This document shows, in pieces, positions 46,024-53,905 of a stretch of 64,000 nt of DNA (its first letter is position 1; each line of letters begins with the position of its first letter). The DNA is from a virus, in IMG/VR virus record IMGVR_UViG_3300028800_000086, positions 5,873-69,872 of that record; one strand, given 5' to 3'. The translations under genes were made by a program, and so were the position numbers. The notes beneath the pieces were generated by a model. It was not told where the DNA came from. It saw nothing but the letters and a program-made list of their open reading frames with translations, and ran no database searches.

Positions 46024-47124
46024 ATGTTGAAAGGTGTTTCGTTGCAGGAGCTTGCTTCGAAGATCGAAGCGAACGCCAAGGCCAAGTTCGACTTCGTCGC
46101 GGATACTACGGCAATGAAGATGAAGCTGACCGACGACAAGCAGCCTGTCCTCGCCGTTCCGAAGTCGAAGGGTTTCGCGGGCGGGCAGTGGGCGATCCGG
46201 CCGCTGGCGCACGATCAGATCGGCGCGCGGCTCAACATTCCGTCGAAGTATTACGACCGGATGCTGAAGGAACAGCCGGAACTTCTGACGACGAACGTCA
46301 ACACCTGGTTCGCGAAGAACCCGGAGAAGCGGATGGTGCGGACGATCCACAACGAGGCTCGCGCCTTCCTGTCGAACCGCTATCAACGTATCGACAACGA
46401 TCATTACGCCGAGATCGCGCTGCCGATCCTCTACGAACAGAAGGACGTGAAGGTGGTGTCGTGCGAAATCACCGAACGCCGTCTGTATATTCAGGCGGTA
46501 TCCCCCTCGCTGGAGGCGAAGATCAACGGTTCTCGCCGCGTCGGGGATATCGTCCAAGGCGGCGTGATCATCTCCAACTCCGAAGTCGGTTGCGGCGCGG
46601 CGAGCGTCGCGGACATGGACTACTTCCTGGCTTGCCTTAACGGGATGATTTCCGGCAAGGCGTTCCGCACCTACCACGTCGGCAAGAACATCGAAGACAA
46701 TTCGGCGTTGTGGGCCGACGATACGGTCGCGGCCGACGATAAGGCCGTGATGCTGAAGCTGCGCGACATGATCCGGGCGGCGTTCGACGGAAAGCGCTTC
46801 CGCGAACGCGTCGAGAAGATGGAAGGACTGACGCAGATCGAAGTCAGCGGCAATCCGGTATCGGCGGTCGAAGTGCTGTCGCAGCGGATCGGCGCGACCG
46901 ACGCCGAGGCAGGCTCCATCCTGCGATCGCTGATCGAAGGCGGCGACCTGAGTGCCTGGGGCATGGTTAACGCCGTAACTGCCCAGGCTCACAAGGCGTC
47001 GTCCTACGATCGCGCCGTCGAATTCGAAGCCGCGGGCGGTTCGCTCCTTGATCTCTCAAGGAGTGAATGGACTGAAGTCCTGGAGAGCGAGAAGCCGCGT
47101 CGGCGTCTCCTCAAGGCGGCCTAA
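46024..47124 (+). CDS. DUF932-family protein
   Basis: ARAFLSNRY..IDN, ISNSEVG, CLNGMI, WGMVNAVT motifs. Confidence 0.8.
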   Translation: MLKGVSLQELASKIEANAKAKFDFVADTTAMKMKLTDDKQPVLAVPKSKGFAGGQWAIRPLAHDQIGARLNIPSKYYDRMLKEQPELLTTNVNTWFAKNPEKRMVRTIHNEARAFLSNRYQRIDNDHYAEIALPILYEQKDVKVVSCEITERRLYIQAVSPSLEAKINGSRRVGDIVQGGVIISNSEVGCGAASVADMDYFLACLNGMISGKAFRTYHVGKNIEDNSALWADDTVAADDKAVMLKLRDMIRAAFDGKRFRERVEKMEGLTQIEVSGNPVSAVEVLSQRIGATDAEAGSILRSLIEGGDLSAWGMVNAVTAQAHKASSYDRAVEFEAAGGSLLDLSRSEWTEVLESEKPRRRLLKAA

Positions 47125-47223
47125 CTCAACAAGGGGAATTGCCGGGAGGCAATTGGCCCGCGCGCAGGCCCGCAGGGAATTGAAACGCCCTAGCGGGCTT
47201 TCGCGGTGAAAGGATAAACGTCC

Positions 47224-48150
47224 ATGAACAATCAACCTGTCCAGATCATCGGTGCCGGCCTAGCCGGCCTTCTCGCGGCCCACGCGTGGCCTAACATCCC
47301 GATCATCGAAGAAGCCGCCCGCGACGATCTTGTCGGCCACAACGCCCTGCTACGCTTCCGCGGCGACGCCGTATCGCGGTTAACCGGGATACCATTTCGC
47401 GAAGTCACTGTGCGTAAGGGCATCTGGTTCCGGAACGCCTATCAGCCGCCGTCGATCGACATGGCTAACCGATACAGCCGCAAGGTCCTGGGCCGCGTCG
47501 TCTCCGATCGTAGCATCTGGAACGTCCACGCTGCCCAGCGCTTCATCGCGCCGGAAGACTTCTATGAACGGCTCATCGAATACGCTGGCTCACGTATCAG
47601 CTGGGGCGAGAAGTACGACTTCAAGGGCGCTCCTTCCGTCCCGACGATTAGCACCGCTCCCCTTCCGGTCGTTATCAAGGCGATCATCGGTCACGAACCG
47701 AAAGAAGAATTTGCGCGTGCGCCGATTATCGTTCAGCGTTACCGAATTCCGCAAGCCGACGTTTTCCAAACGATCTATTTCCCCGACGAAGGTCTGCCGA
47801 TTTATCGCGCTTCGATCACCGGCGATCTTCTAATCGTCGAAAGCGTTTTCTCCGCGCAGATCGACGTGACGGATTTACGCGAGCTTGGATCGGCGTTCGG
47901 CATGCCCGTTCGAAAAGCCGAGCTTATCGATACAGTGAGCCAGAAGTACGGCAAGATTATTCCCCTGCCCGATAACGTCCGCAAAGACCTGCTCTTTAAG
48001 CTGACGACGCAGAAGGGCATCTATAGCCTGGGGCGGTTCGCGCAATGGAGAAACATTCTTTTGGATGACGTAGTCGACGACATAGCGGTCATCAAGCGTC
48101 TCCTTCAATCCGGATCATCTTACGATGCCGCCCGGGTTCGGGCCTCTTGA
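47224..48150 (+). CDS. FAD-dependent oxidoreductase
   Basis: IIGAGLAGLLAA Rossmann motif; C-terminal SLGRFAQW. Confidence 0.75.
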   Translation: MNNQPVQIIGAGLAGLLAAHAWPNIPIIEEAARDDLVGHNALLRFRGDAVSRLTGIPFREVTVRKGIWFRNAYQPPSIDMANRYSRKVLGRVVSDRSIWNVHAAQRFIAPEDFYERLIEYAGSRISWGEKYDFKGAPSVPTISTAPLPVVIKAIIGHEPKEEFARAPIIVQRYRIPQADVFQTIYFPDEGLPIYRASITGDLLIVESVFSAQIDVTDLRELGSAFGMPVRKAELIDTVSQKYGKIIPLPDNVRKDLLFKLTTQKGIYSLGRFAQWRNILLDDVVDDIAVIKRLLQSGSSYDAARVRAS

Positions 48151-48175
48151 CTCGGGCATCTTCCCGGGAGATAAA
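48147..48175 (+). promoter_or_regulatory. Putative promoter of Y RNA/Ro60 cassette
   Basis: TTGACT-N17-GATAAA, ending 5 nt before the first RNA stem. Confidence 0.6.
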
Positions 48176-48180
48176 GCGAA

Positions 48181-48258
48181 CGGTTTCGACGGTAGCGTAG
48201 GGCGCGGTTACTTCTTTGGATGAACAATACCGCTTCCGTTCTTTCTCCGTCGAAGCCG
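48181..48258 (+). ncRNA. Y RNA-like unit 1 (short, no tRNA domain)
   Basis: 48181-48192 pairs with 48247-48258; GGTAGCGTAG motif; inner GCGGT/ACCGC stem. Confidence 0.7.
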
Positions 48259-48266
48259 CAGAATTT

Positions 48267-48330
48267 GTCGGTGGCGTAGTCGTCCGTTGCATCTCTTTTG
48301 TAGCAGTGCGGACAGCGATAGTTCCCCGGC
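48267..48330 (+). ncRNA. Y RNA-like unit 2 (short)
   Basis: GTCGG/CCGGC ends; GGTGGCGTAG motif; inner GTCCG/CGGAC stem. Confidence 0.6.
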
Positions 48331-48338
48331 TTCGTGAC

Positions 48339-48478
48339 ATGATGGGTGGCGTAGGGTTCGGTTACTTCAGGGAGCGAAAGGCCGCGGGTTCAAATCCCGT
48401 CGTCCCGGGCAATCCGGGACGTAGCGCAGTCCGGTAGCGCGTTCGCAGCAAGTCCGGTCCCGATTTTTCCCCCATCAT
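48339..48478 (+). ncRNA. yrlA: YrlA-type Y RNA with circularly permuted tRNA-like domain
   Basis: ATGATGGG/CCCATCAT closing stem; T arm GCGGG-TTCAAAT-CCCGT, loop-closed acceptor stem, D arm GCGC-AGTCCGGTA-GCGC; next to Ro60. Confidence 0.88.
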
Positions 48479-48529
48479 TCACAAGCCGGATCAAGCGCAT
48501 CAGTCAATTCTGACTGATGAAGAAAGGAA

Positions 48530-49873
48530 ATGATCATGGCTCGTGTTAATCGAAAGAACTCAATCACTGCCGAGACGGCGGAAGGCGGCCCGGCGTTCGC
48601 TCATATGAAGCCGCTCGCCGCGCTGCGGCGTTCGGTCATGTCGTGCTTCCTGTGGGAAGACGAATTCTATGAGGACGGCATATCGATCGCGGAACGCATA
48701 GACTCGCTCGCGGAGAAGGTTGCGCCGGCCGATCTAGCCGCGCTCGCGATCCAGGCCCGCAACCAGTTCAACTTGCGGCACGTTCCCCTGTTATTGCTAG
48801 TTGTCCTAGCAAGAACGGGAAGCGGCACGCCGATCCTCAGCAATACGATGCCGCACGTCCTCAAGCGTGTCGACGATATGACGGAACTTCTCGCCTTGTA
48901 TTGGAAGGCGAACCCGCGCACCGCCAAGCAGGCGGCGGCGAAGTCCGGGCGCGGCCTTTCGGCCCAGATGAAGAAGGGGTTGGCCGCGAGCTTCGCCAAC
49001 TTCAATGAATATCACTTCGCGAAGTACGATCGCGAAGACGCGGTCAAGCTTCGTGATGTTCTTTTCCTCGCGCATCCCGATCCGGGCGGCGCGCGTCTCG
49101 ACTTGTTCAAGAAGATCGCGACGCGTACGCTGGAAACTCCGGATACCTGGGAAGTCGGACTGTCCGCGGGCGGCGACAAGAAGGCGACGTTTGAAAGGTT
49201 GCTACGCGAAGGTAAGCTAGGATACCTCGCGCTGCTGCGGAACCTCCGCAACATGGCTACGGCCGGCTGCGACGACGGTCTAGTCCGGGCCGCGATCGTT
49301 GCCCGCAAAGGCGGCGCGGAGCGCGTCTTGCCGTTCCGCTACGTCGCGGCGGCCCGCGCGGCTCCGCAATACGAACGCGAGCTAGATACGGCGCTCATGA
49401 TGGCGATACGGGATATGCCGGGAATGTCCGGGACGACCGTGGGCCTGATCGACGTTTCCGGCTCGATGGGCGATCCGCTTTCCGCGAAGTCGGATATGCG
49501 CCGTGTCGACGCGGCGGCGGCGCTCGGATCGATGATCCCGGGCGACGTTCGTCTGTTCACGTTCAGCGACAAACTCGTCGAAGTTCCGCCGCGTAAGGGA
49601 ATGGCGGGCGTCGATGCGATTATAAATTCGCAGCCGCATCGGTCCACCTATCTCGGTCGCGCGCTCGCGGAGATCGACGCTAAGGTCAATTACGATCGGA
49701 TCATCGTAGTGACCGACGAACAGACGGCCGACAAGGTCAAGGAGCCGAAGGGCCGCGGCTACATGATCAACGTCGCCTCGAACAAGAACGGCGTCGGTTA
49801 CGGCGGACGCTGGACGCAAATCGACGGCTTCTCCGAAGCGATCTTCAACTTTATCCGGGAGATCGAACGCTAA
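48530..49873 (+). CDS. rsr: Ro60/Rsr TROVE + vWA domain RNA-binding protein
   Basis: EDEFYE, LRDVLFLAHP, TWE..LS, YLALLRNLRN, RVLPFRY TROVE motifs; MIDAS DVSGSM and VVTDEQ. Confidence 0.93.
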   Translation: MIMARVNRKNSITAETAEGGPAFAHMKPLAALRRSVMSCFLWEDEFYEDGISIAERIDSLAEKVAPADLAALAIQARNQFNLRHVPLLLLVVLARTGSGTPILSNTMPHVLKRVDDMTELLALYWKANPRTAKQAAAKSGRGLSAQMKKGLAASFANFNEYHFAKYDREDAVKLRDVLFLAHPDPGGARLDLFKKIATRTLETPDTWEVGLSAGGDKKATFERLLREGKLGYLALLRNLRNMATAGCDDGLVRAAIVARKGGAERVLPFRYVAAARAAPQYERELDTALMMAIRDMPGMSGTTVGLIDVSGSMGDPLSAKSDMRRVDAAAALGSMIPGDVRLFTFSDKLVEVPPRKGMAGVDAIINSQPHRSTYLGRALAEIDAKVNYDRIIVVTDEQTADKVKEPKGRGYMINVASNKNGVGYGGRWTQIDGFSEAIFNFIREIER

Positions 49874-49895
49874 CGCTGCCCGCAAAATTTCTACG

Positions 49896-49926
49896 AACGG
49901 CCTGCCAACCTCAACGGCAGGCCGTT
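49896..49926 (+). terminator. Hairpin after rsr (possible terminator/processing site)
   Basis: 11-bp perfect stem AACGGCCTGCC/GGCAGGCCGTT; weak U tract. Confidence 0.55.
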
Positions 49927-49954
49927 TGCGTTAAGCAGCGAAACGCGTCAAACT
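49926..49954 (+). promoter_or_regulatory. Putative promoter of ThyX-like operon
   Basis: TTGCGT-N17-CAAACT. Confidence 0.4.
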
Positions 49955-49978
49955 ACCGCTTTAGAAAGGATACCAACC

Positions 49979-50731
49979 ATGCTCGTCAATCTTATCTCTT
50001 ACACTGGCCACGGCCATCCCGATCCGCTCTATGCCGCGCGGCTTCTCGCTTACACGAAGTCGACCCGTCTGGAGCAAGGCGCGGCGACCCGCGAAAAATT
50101 CGCTTCAATGGGCGAAGACGAACTGGCGAAAGAACTAGACTACATATCGAAGACAATACGCAGTTCGTGGGAGATGGTCGACTATACTTTCGAGATCATC
50201 GGCGTCACCCGCGCCTTCACCCATCAGCTAGTCCGGACGCGGACCGGCTCCTACGCCCAACAAGCCCAACGCGTCGTCGACATGTCGAGCTTTTCGACGA
50301 CGATGCCTGATACGATCGCGGGCAATGATCCCGCCGCGGAAGCGTGGAACGACTTGATGGGCCGCATCGCGACGACGTATGCCCATTTAAGTGAATTGGG
50401 AATTCCCGCCCAGGATCGGCGCGGCATCCTTCCGACGAACGTTCACACGAACATTATCGCGAAGTTCAACCTTCGCACCCTCGCGGACGTTCTGGCGAAG
50501 CGAAAGAACCTCCGCGCCCAAGGCGAATACGCCGACGTGGCGAGGGGCATGGAAGCCGCGGCGCTCGCGGTCCATCCCTGGATTAAGCCGTTCATCGATC
50601 CCGATCGGCTAGCTACTCCCGCGCTCGACGCGATCCTAGCCGAAGCGCTAGGCGCTCGCGGACCGCTCGACCAGCCGCGGGTGAATGCGGCACTCAAGGA
50701 GCTAGACGCGCTCAAAGGAGTTTGGGGCTAA
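49979..50731 (+). CDS. ThyX-fold flavoprotein with non-canonical active site
   Basis: YTFEI.GVTRAFTHQLVR, QD.RGILP, NLRTL, AQGE motifs; signature reads RTRTGSYAQQAQR. Confidence 0.85.
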   Translation: MLVNLISYTGHGHPDPLYAARLLAYTKSTRLEQGAATREKFASMGEDELAKELDYISKTIRSSWEMVDYTFEIIGVTRAFTHQLVRTRTGSYAQQAQRVVDMSSFSTTMPDTIAGNDPAAEAWNDLMGRIATTYAHLSELGIPAQDRRGILPTNVHTNIIAKFNLRTLADVLAKRKNLRAQGEYADVARGMEAAALAVHPWIKPFIDPDRLATPALDAILAEALGARGPLDQPRVNAALKELDALKGVWG

Positions 50732-51111
50732 TGAAACCGATCCTTTGCCTGGACTTCGACGGCGTGATCCACAGCTACACCAGCGGATGGATGGGCGCGC
50801 ACTTGATACCGGACCCGCCATTGCCGGGCGCGATCGCCTTTCTGCGCCGCGCGTCGCTCGCCTTTCGCATCGTTATTTTCTCCAGCCGCTCTAATCAACC
50901 GGGCGGCTTAGAGGCGATGCGCGCTTGGCTAAACCTTTTCGCCTTCAAGGAAGACGAAGACGCTAACGAATGGTTGCCGCAGGTCGAATTCGCGACCGAG
51001 AAGCCGCCCGCGTTCGTCACGATCGACGATCGCGCGTTGACATTTAACGGCGATTGGAACGCCTATCCGGTCGACTATCTCCTCGCGTTCAAGCCGTGGA
51101 ACAAGAAATGA
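50731..51111 (+). CDS. HAD-superfamily phosphatase-like protein
   Basis: LDFDGVIHSY, FSSR, KPP, IDDRA. Confidence 0.8.
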   Translation: MKPILCLDFDGVIHSYTSGWMGAHLIPDPPLPGAIAFLRRASLAFRIVIFSSRSNQPGGLEAMRAWLNLFAFKEDEDANEWLPQVEFATEKPPAFVTIDDRALTFNGDWNAYPVDYLLAFKPWNKK

Positions 51112-51404
51112 AAACCCCTGCAGACATCCTCGCGGAAATGGCGACGACGTATCGCGAGCGCAACGCCATGTACTGCGACAATTACAAGCTCGTTGGCCCG
51201 GTGATGATGGCGTTGTTCCCGGAAGGCGTCGCGCTTCGCACCGCGGAGCAGATTACCCTCTGGCATCTATTCGAATTGATCGTCGTGAAGATGACGCGCT
51301 TCGGCGTTAGCAACCTCACGCACGTTGATTCGATCCACGACATCGCCATCTATGCGGCGATGATTGAAGGTCTTCTACAAGAGAGAAAGGAAAAGTCGAA
51401 ATGA
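51108..51404 (+). CDS. All-helical nucleotide-modification-associated/pyrophosphatase-like protein
   Basis: ERN..Y.D, K..R, DS..D...Y pattern. Confidence 0.55.
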   Translation: MKTPADILAEMATTYRERNAMYCDNYKLVGPVMMALFPEGVALRTAEQITLWHLFELIVVKMTRFGVSNLTHVDSIHDIAIYAAMIEGLLQERKEKSK

Positions 51405-52081
51405 GCACGATAATGATTACCGGGTCCGGGTCCGGGCTGGGCCTTACCCTATCGGCCCACCTAGAGGCGTACGGCCACACAGTGCTTCCCTTCGATCACG
51501 ACCAGGGAAACGACGTTCGCGATCCTTATTATAAAGGCGGACTTTTCCCGCCCGGAATGGACGTTCTCATCAACTGCGCCGGCATCAACCGGATCGATTG
51601 GTTGGAGAACTTCAGCGACGCCGATTGGGACGACGTGATGGATACGAACGCAAAGGGCATCTTCAAGATGAGCCAATGGGCGCTTCCGTCCCTCATCGAA
51701 AGCCGCGGCACGATCGTCAACATCGTATCGAATGCCGCGCATATCCCGATGACCGGATCGCTCGCCTATAACGCGAGCAAGGCCGCCGCCCACATCATGA
51801 CGCTCCAACTCGCTCGCGAGCTAACGAAGAAACACGGCATCACCGTCTTCGGTATCGCTCCGAACAAGCTCGCCGGAACCGGAATGAGCCGGTATATTGA
51901 GAAGCGCGTGCCGATAACCCGCGGCTGGACCGCGGAACAAGCTCGCGACTATCAATTGGCGGCACTGCTTCCCGGCGAGGAAACGCCGCCCGACGCTATC
52001 GCGGAATTCCTCGCCTTCCTCCTGGCCAATAAGGAGCGCCACCGCTTCCTTTCCGGCTGCATCCTGCCCTATGGAGCGTGA
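51401..52081 (+). CDS. Short-chain dehydrogenase/reductase
   Basis: TGSGSGLG, INCAG, catalytic S and YNASK. Confidence 0.9.
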   Translation: MSTIMITGSGSGLGLTLSAHLEAYGHTVLPFDHDQGNDVRDPYYKGGLFPPGMDVLINCAGINRIDWLENFSDADWDDVMDTNAKGIFKMSQWALPSLIESRGTIVNIVSNAAHIPMTGSLAYNASKAAAHIMTLQLARELTKKHGITVFGIAPNKLAGTGMSRYIEKRVPITRGWTAEQARDYQLAALLPGEETPPDAIAEFLAFLLANKERHRFLSGCILPYGA

Positions 52082-52082
52082 T

Positions 52083-52505
52083 ATGGACAAACGAAGCGGC
52101 ATCGATATTCCGGCGACGGCACCGTCCCGGTTCGATCCGGAAGGGTTGAAATTTTCCGACGTTACCGCGATTAACGTCGCTCGCTGCCTTCGTTGGCACG
52201 GCGCGGCAGGCGTCGACGATTGGTCGCCGGAACGATGGATGGTGGCGACCATGGGCGAGCTAGGCGAAGCCGCCAACGTCCTGAAGAAAATGTTTCGCGT
52301 TATGGACGGCATCGCGAACATTAACGACGCCGATCGAAACGTCGCTACGATCGGCGCGGCGACCGCGAAGCTAGGCGAGGAATGCGCCGACACGTTCCTT
52401 TACCTCAACCTGTTCTGCGCGAGGACGGGCATCAACCTCGCCTCCGAGATCATCAAGAAGTTCAACGCCACCAGCGAACGCTACGGCTTTCCAGAAAGGT
52501 TGTAA
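52083..52505 (+). CDS. MazG-like nucleotide pyrophosphohydrolase
   Basis: GELGEAANVLKK...EECADTFLYL. Confidence 0.85.
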   Translation: MDKRSGIDIPATAPSRFDPEGLKFSDVTAINVARCLRWHGAAGVDDWSPERWMVATMGELGEAANVLKKMFRVMDGIANINDADRNVATIGAATAKLGEECADTFLYLNLFCARTGINLASEIIKKFNATSERYGFPERL

Positions 52506-52506
52506 A

Positions 52507-52992
52507 ATGCAATTCAAGATTGAACAAATCGCGATCGCTCCGCGCGATCCGATCAAGGCGGTTCAGTTGATGATGGTTCTCGGATTGACCGATTGGGTCA
52601 ATGACGACGTTATCGCGATCGGCACCGTCTGGGGCGGCGCGGCGAAGAACGAAGCTCAATTGAGCTTCAACTACCAGGCCGAACCCGCGGGCAAGTTGGA
52701 GCTAGAAATGCTCCAATACAAGAACGGCCTTAACTGGCTGGCGCTGCGCGGCGGCGGCGCGGTCGTCTCGCATATCGGGATGCACTGCACCGAAGAAGAA
52801 CTGGGCGAGTGGCACGTGAAGTTGAGCGAGATCGGCGTAATGGTCGCCCAATCGGTCGATACCGTATCGCACTCGAACCCGAACATAGCCGGCAAGCGCT
52901 GGTATCGGTACGTCGTCTATTCGACCAATGAGATCATCGGTTGCGATCTCAAGTTCATTGTGCGTCGCTTCGAACCGCCGAAGGTTCCGTGA
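52507..52992 (+). CDS. VOC/glyoxalase-fold protein
   Basis: IEQIAIA, LELEML, VSHIGMH beta-alpha-beta-beta-beta pattern. Confidence 0.65.
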   Translation: MQFKIEQIAIAPRDPIKAVQLMMVLGLTDWVNDDVIAIGTVWGGAAKNEAQLSFNYQAEPAGKLELEMLQYKNGLNWLALRGGGAVVSHIGMHCTEEELGEWHVKLSEIGVMVAQSVDTVSHSNPNIAGKRWYRYVVYSTNEIIGCDLKFIVRRFEPPKVP

Positions 52993-53378
52993 TGCGCGAT
53001 CTTCGACTACTCGACAAGGCCCGCGTCATCGATCCTAAGCTGTTGGCCTTTTCGAAAGGTTGGCCGGGCGATTACAGTTGCGGCATGTTCGTGTTCGCCT
53101 CGCCGACCGACGGAAAGGCGTTGCGCTGTATCGCGGCGGCCGGCGAGGACTGGGACCACGTATCGGTCAGCCGCGGAGATCGCATCCCCGACTGGACCGA
53201 GATGGAAGCCGTTGCGCGGCTATTCTTCAAGCCCGACGAATACGCGATGCAACTTCATGTCCCGAAGAACGATCATATCAACTTCCATCCGTTCTGCCTT
53301 CACTGGTGGCGGCCGCAAAACGTCCCGATCCCGCTGCCACCGTCCGATCTTGTTTGGCTGGAGAAAATGGGGCGATGA
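52992..53378 (+). CDS. Conserved phage hypothetical protein
   Basis: WDHVSVS...P.W.EM, HVP...HIN.HPFCLH.WRP. Confidence 0.65.
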   Translation: MRDLRLLDKARVIDPKLLAFSKGWPGDYSCGMFVFASPTDGKALRCIAAAGEDWDHVSVSRGDRIPDWTEMEAVARLFFKPDEYAMQLHVPKNDHINFHPFCLHWWRPQNVPIPLPPSDLVWLEKMGR

Positions 53379-53905
53379 TCCTCGTATGGGACACTGAGAC
53401 GACCGGCTTGACGCTGCACCCGCAAGCGCCGCTCGATATGCAACCGCACGTTATCGAATTCGCCGGCGCGCTTCTCTCCCCGAAGACGGGAAAGGTCGTC
53501 GAGAAATTCGACTTCCTTATCAACCCGGGCATACCGATCCCGGAGGAAGCGTCGAAGATTAACAAGATCACTGACGAGACGGTAAAGGACAAGCCGTCGT
53601 TCGCCGCGACATGGCCGAAGATCGCCGCCGTCTTCGACGAAACCAAGGCGGCGATCGCCCACAACGCGCCGTTCGATTACTCGGTGCTGCAATTCGAGCT
53701 TGCCCGGGCGAACCTAAAGCATCGCTTTCCCGCGATGCTCGATACGATCGGCCTATACCGGGCGGAATTCGGCTATGACCCGCGGTTGACCGATCTTTAC
53801 GAGCACGTGATGAAAAAGAAACTGAAGCAGGAGCACCGCGCCGGGAGCGACGTGGCGGCGCTCGTCGAGATCGTTCGGAAAACGAAATTGTGGAGAGTGC
53901 TGTGA
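53375..53905 (+). CDS. dnaQ: DnaQ-like DEDDh 3'-5' exonuclease
   Basis: DTETTG, AHNAPFD, HRAGSD. Confidence 0.9.
   Translation: MILVWDTETTGLTLHPQAPLDMQPHVIEFAGALLSPKTGKVVEKFDFLINPGIPIPEEASKINKITDETVKDKPSFAATWPKIAAVFDETKAAIAHNAPFDYSVLQFELARANLKHRFPAMLDTIGLYRAEFGYDPRLTDLYEHVMKKKLKQEHRAGSDVAALVEIVRKTKLWRVL

Noticed and set aside
48374-48446. Functional tRNA-Pro gene
   Set aside because: Arms are in permuted order, acceptor stem is closed by a loop, no contiguous anticodon loop or CCA; fits YrlA instead
48181-48489. CRISPR mini-array
   Set aside because: Shared motifs are short and degenerate, units fold as long hairpins, no cas genes
48498-48520. Second hammerhead suggested by CTGATGA
   Set aside because: CTGATG is the 3' arm of a 9-bp hairpin (CATCAGTCA/TGACTGATG); no stem II/GAAA/stem III arrangement
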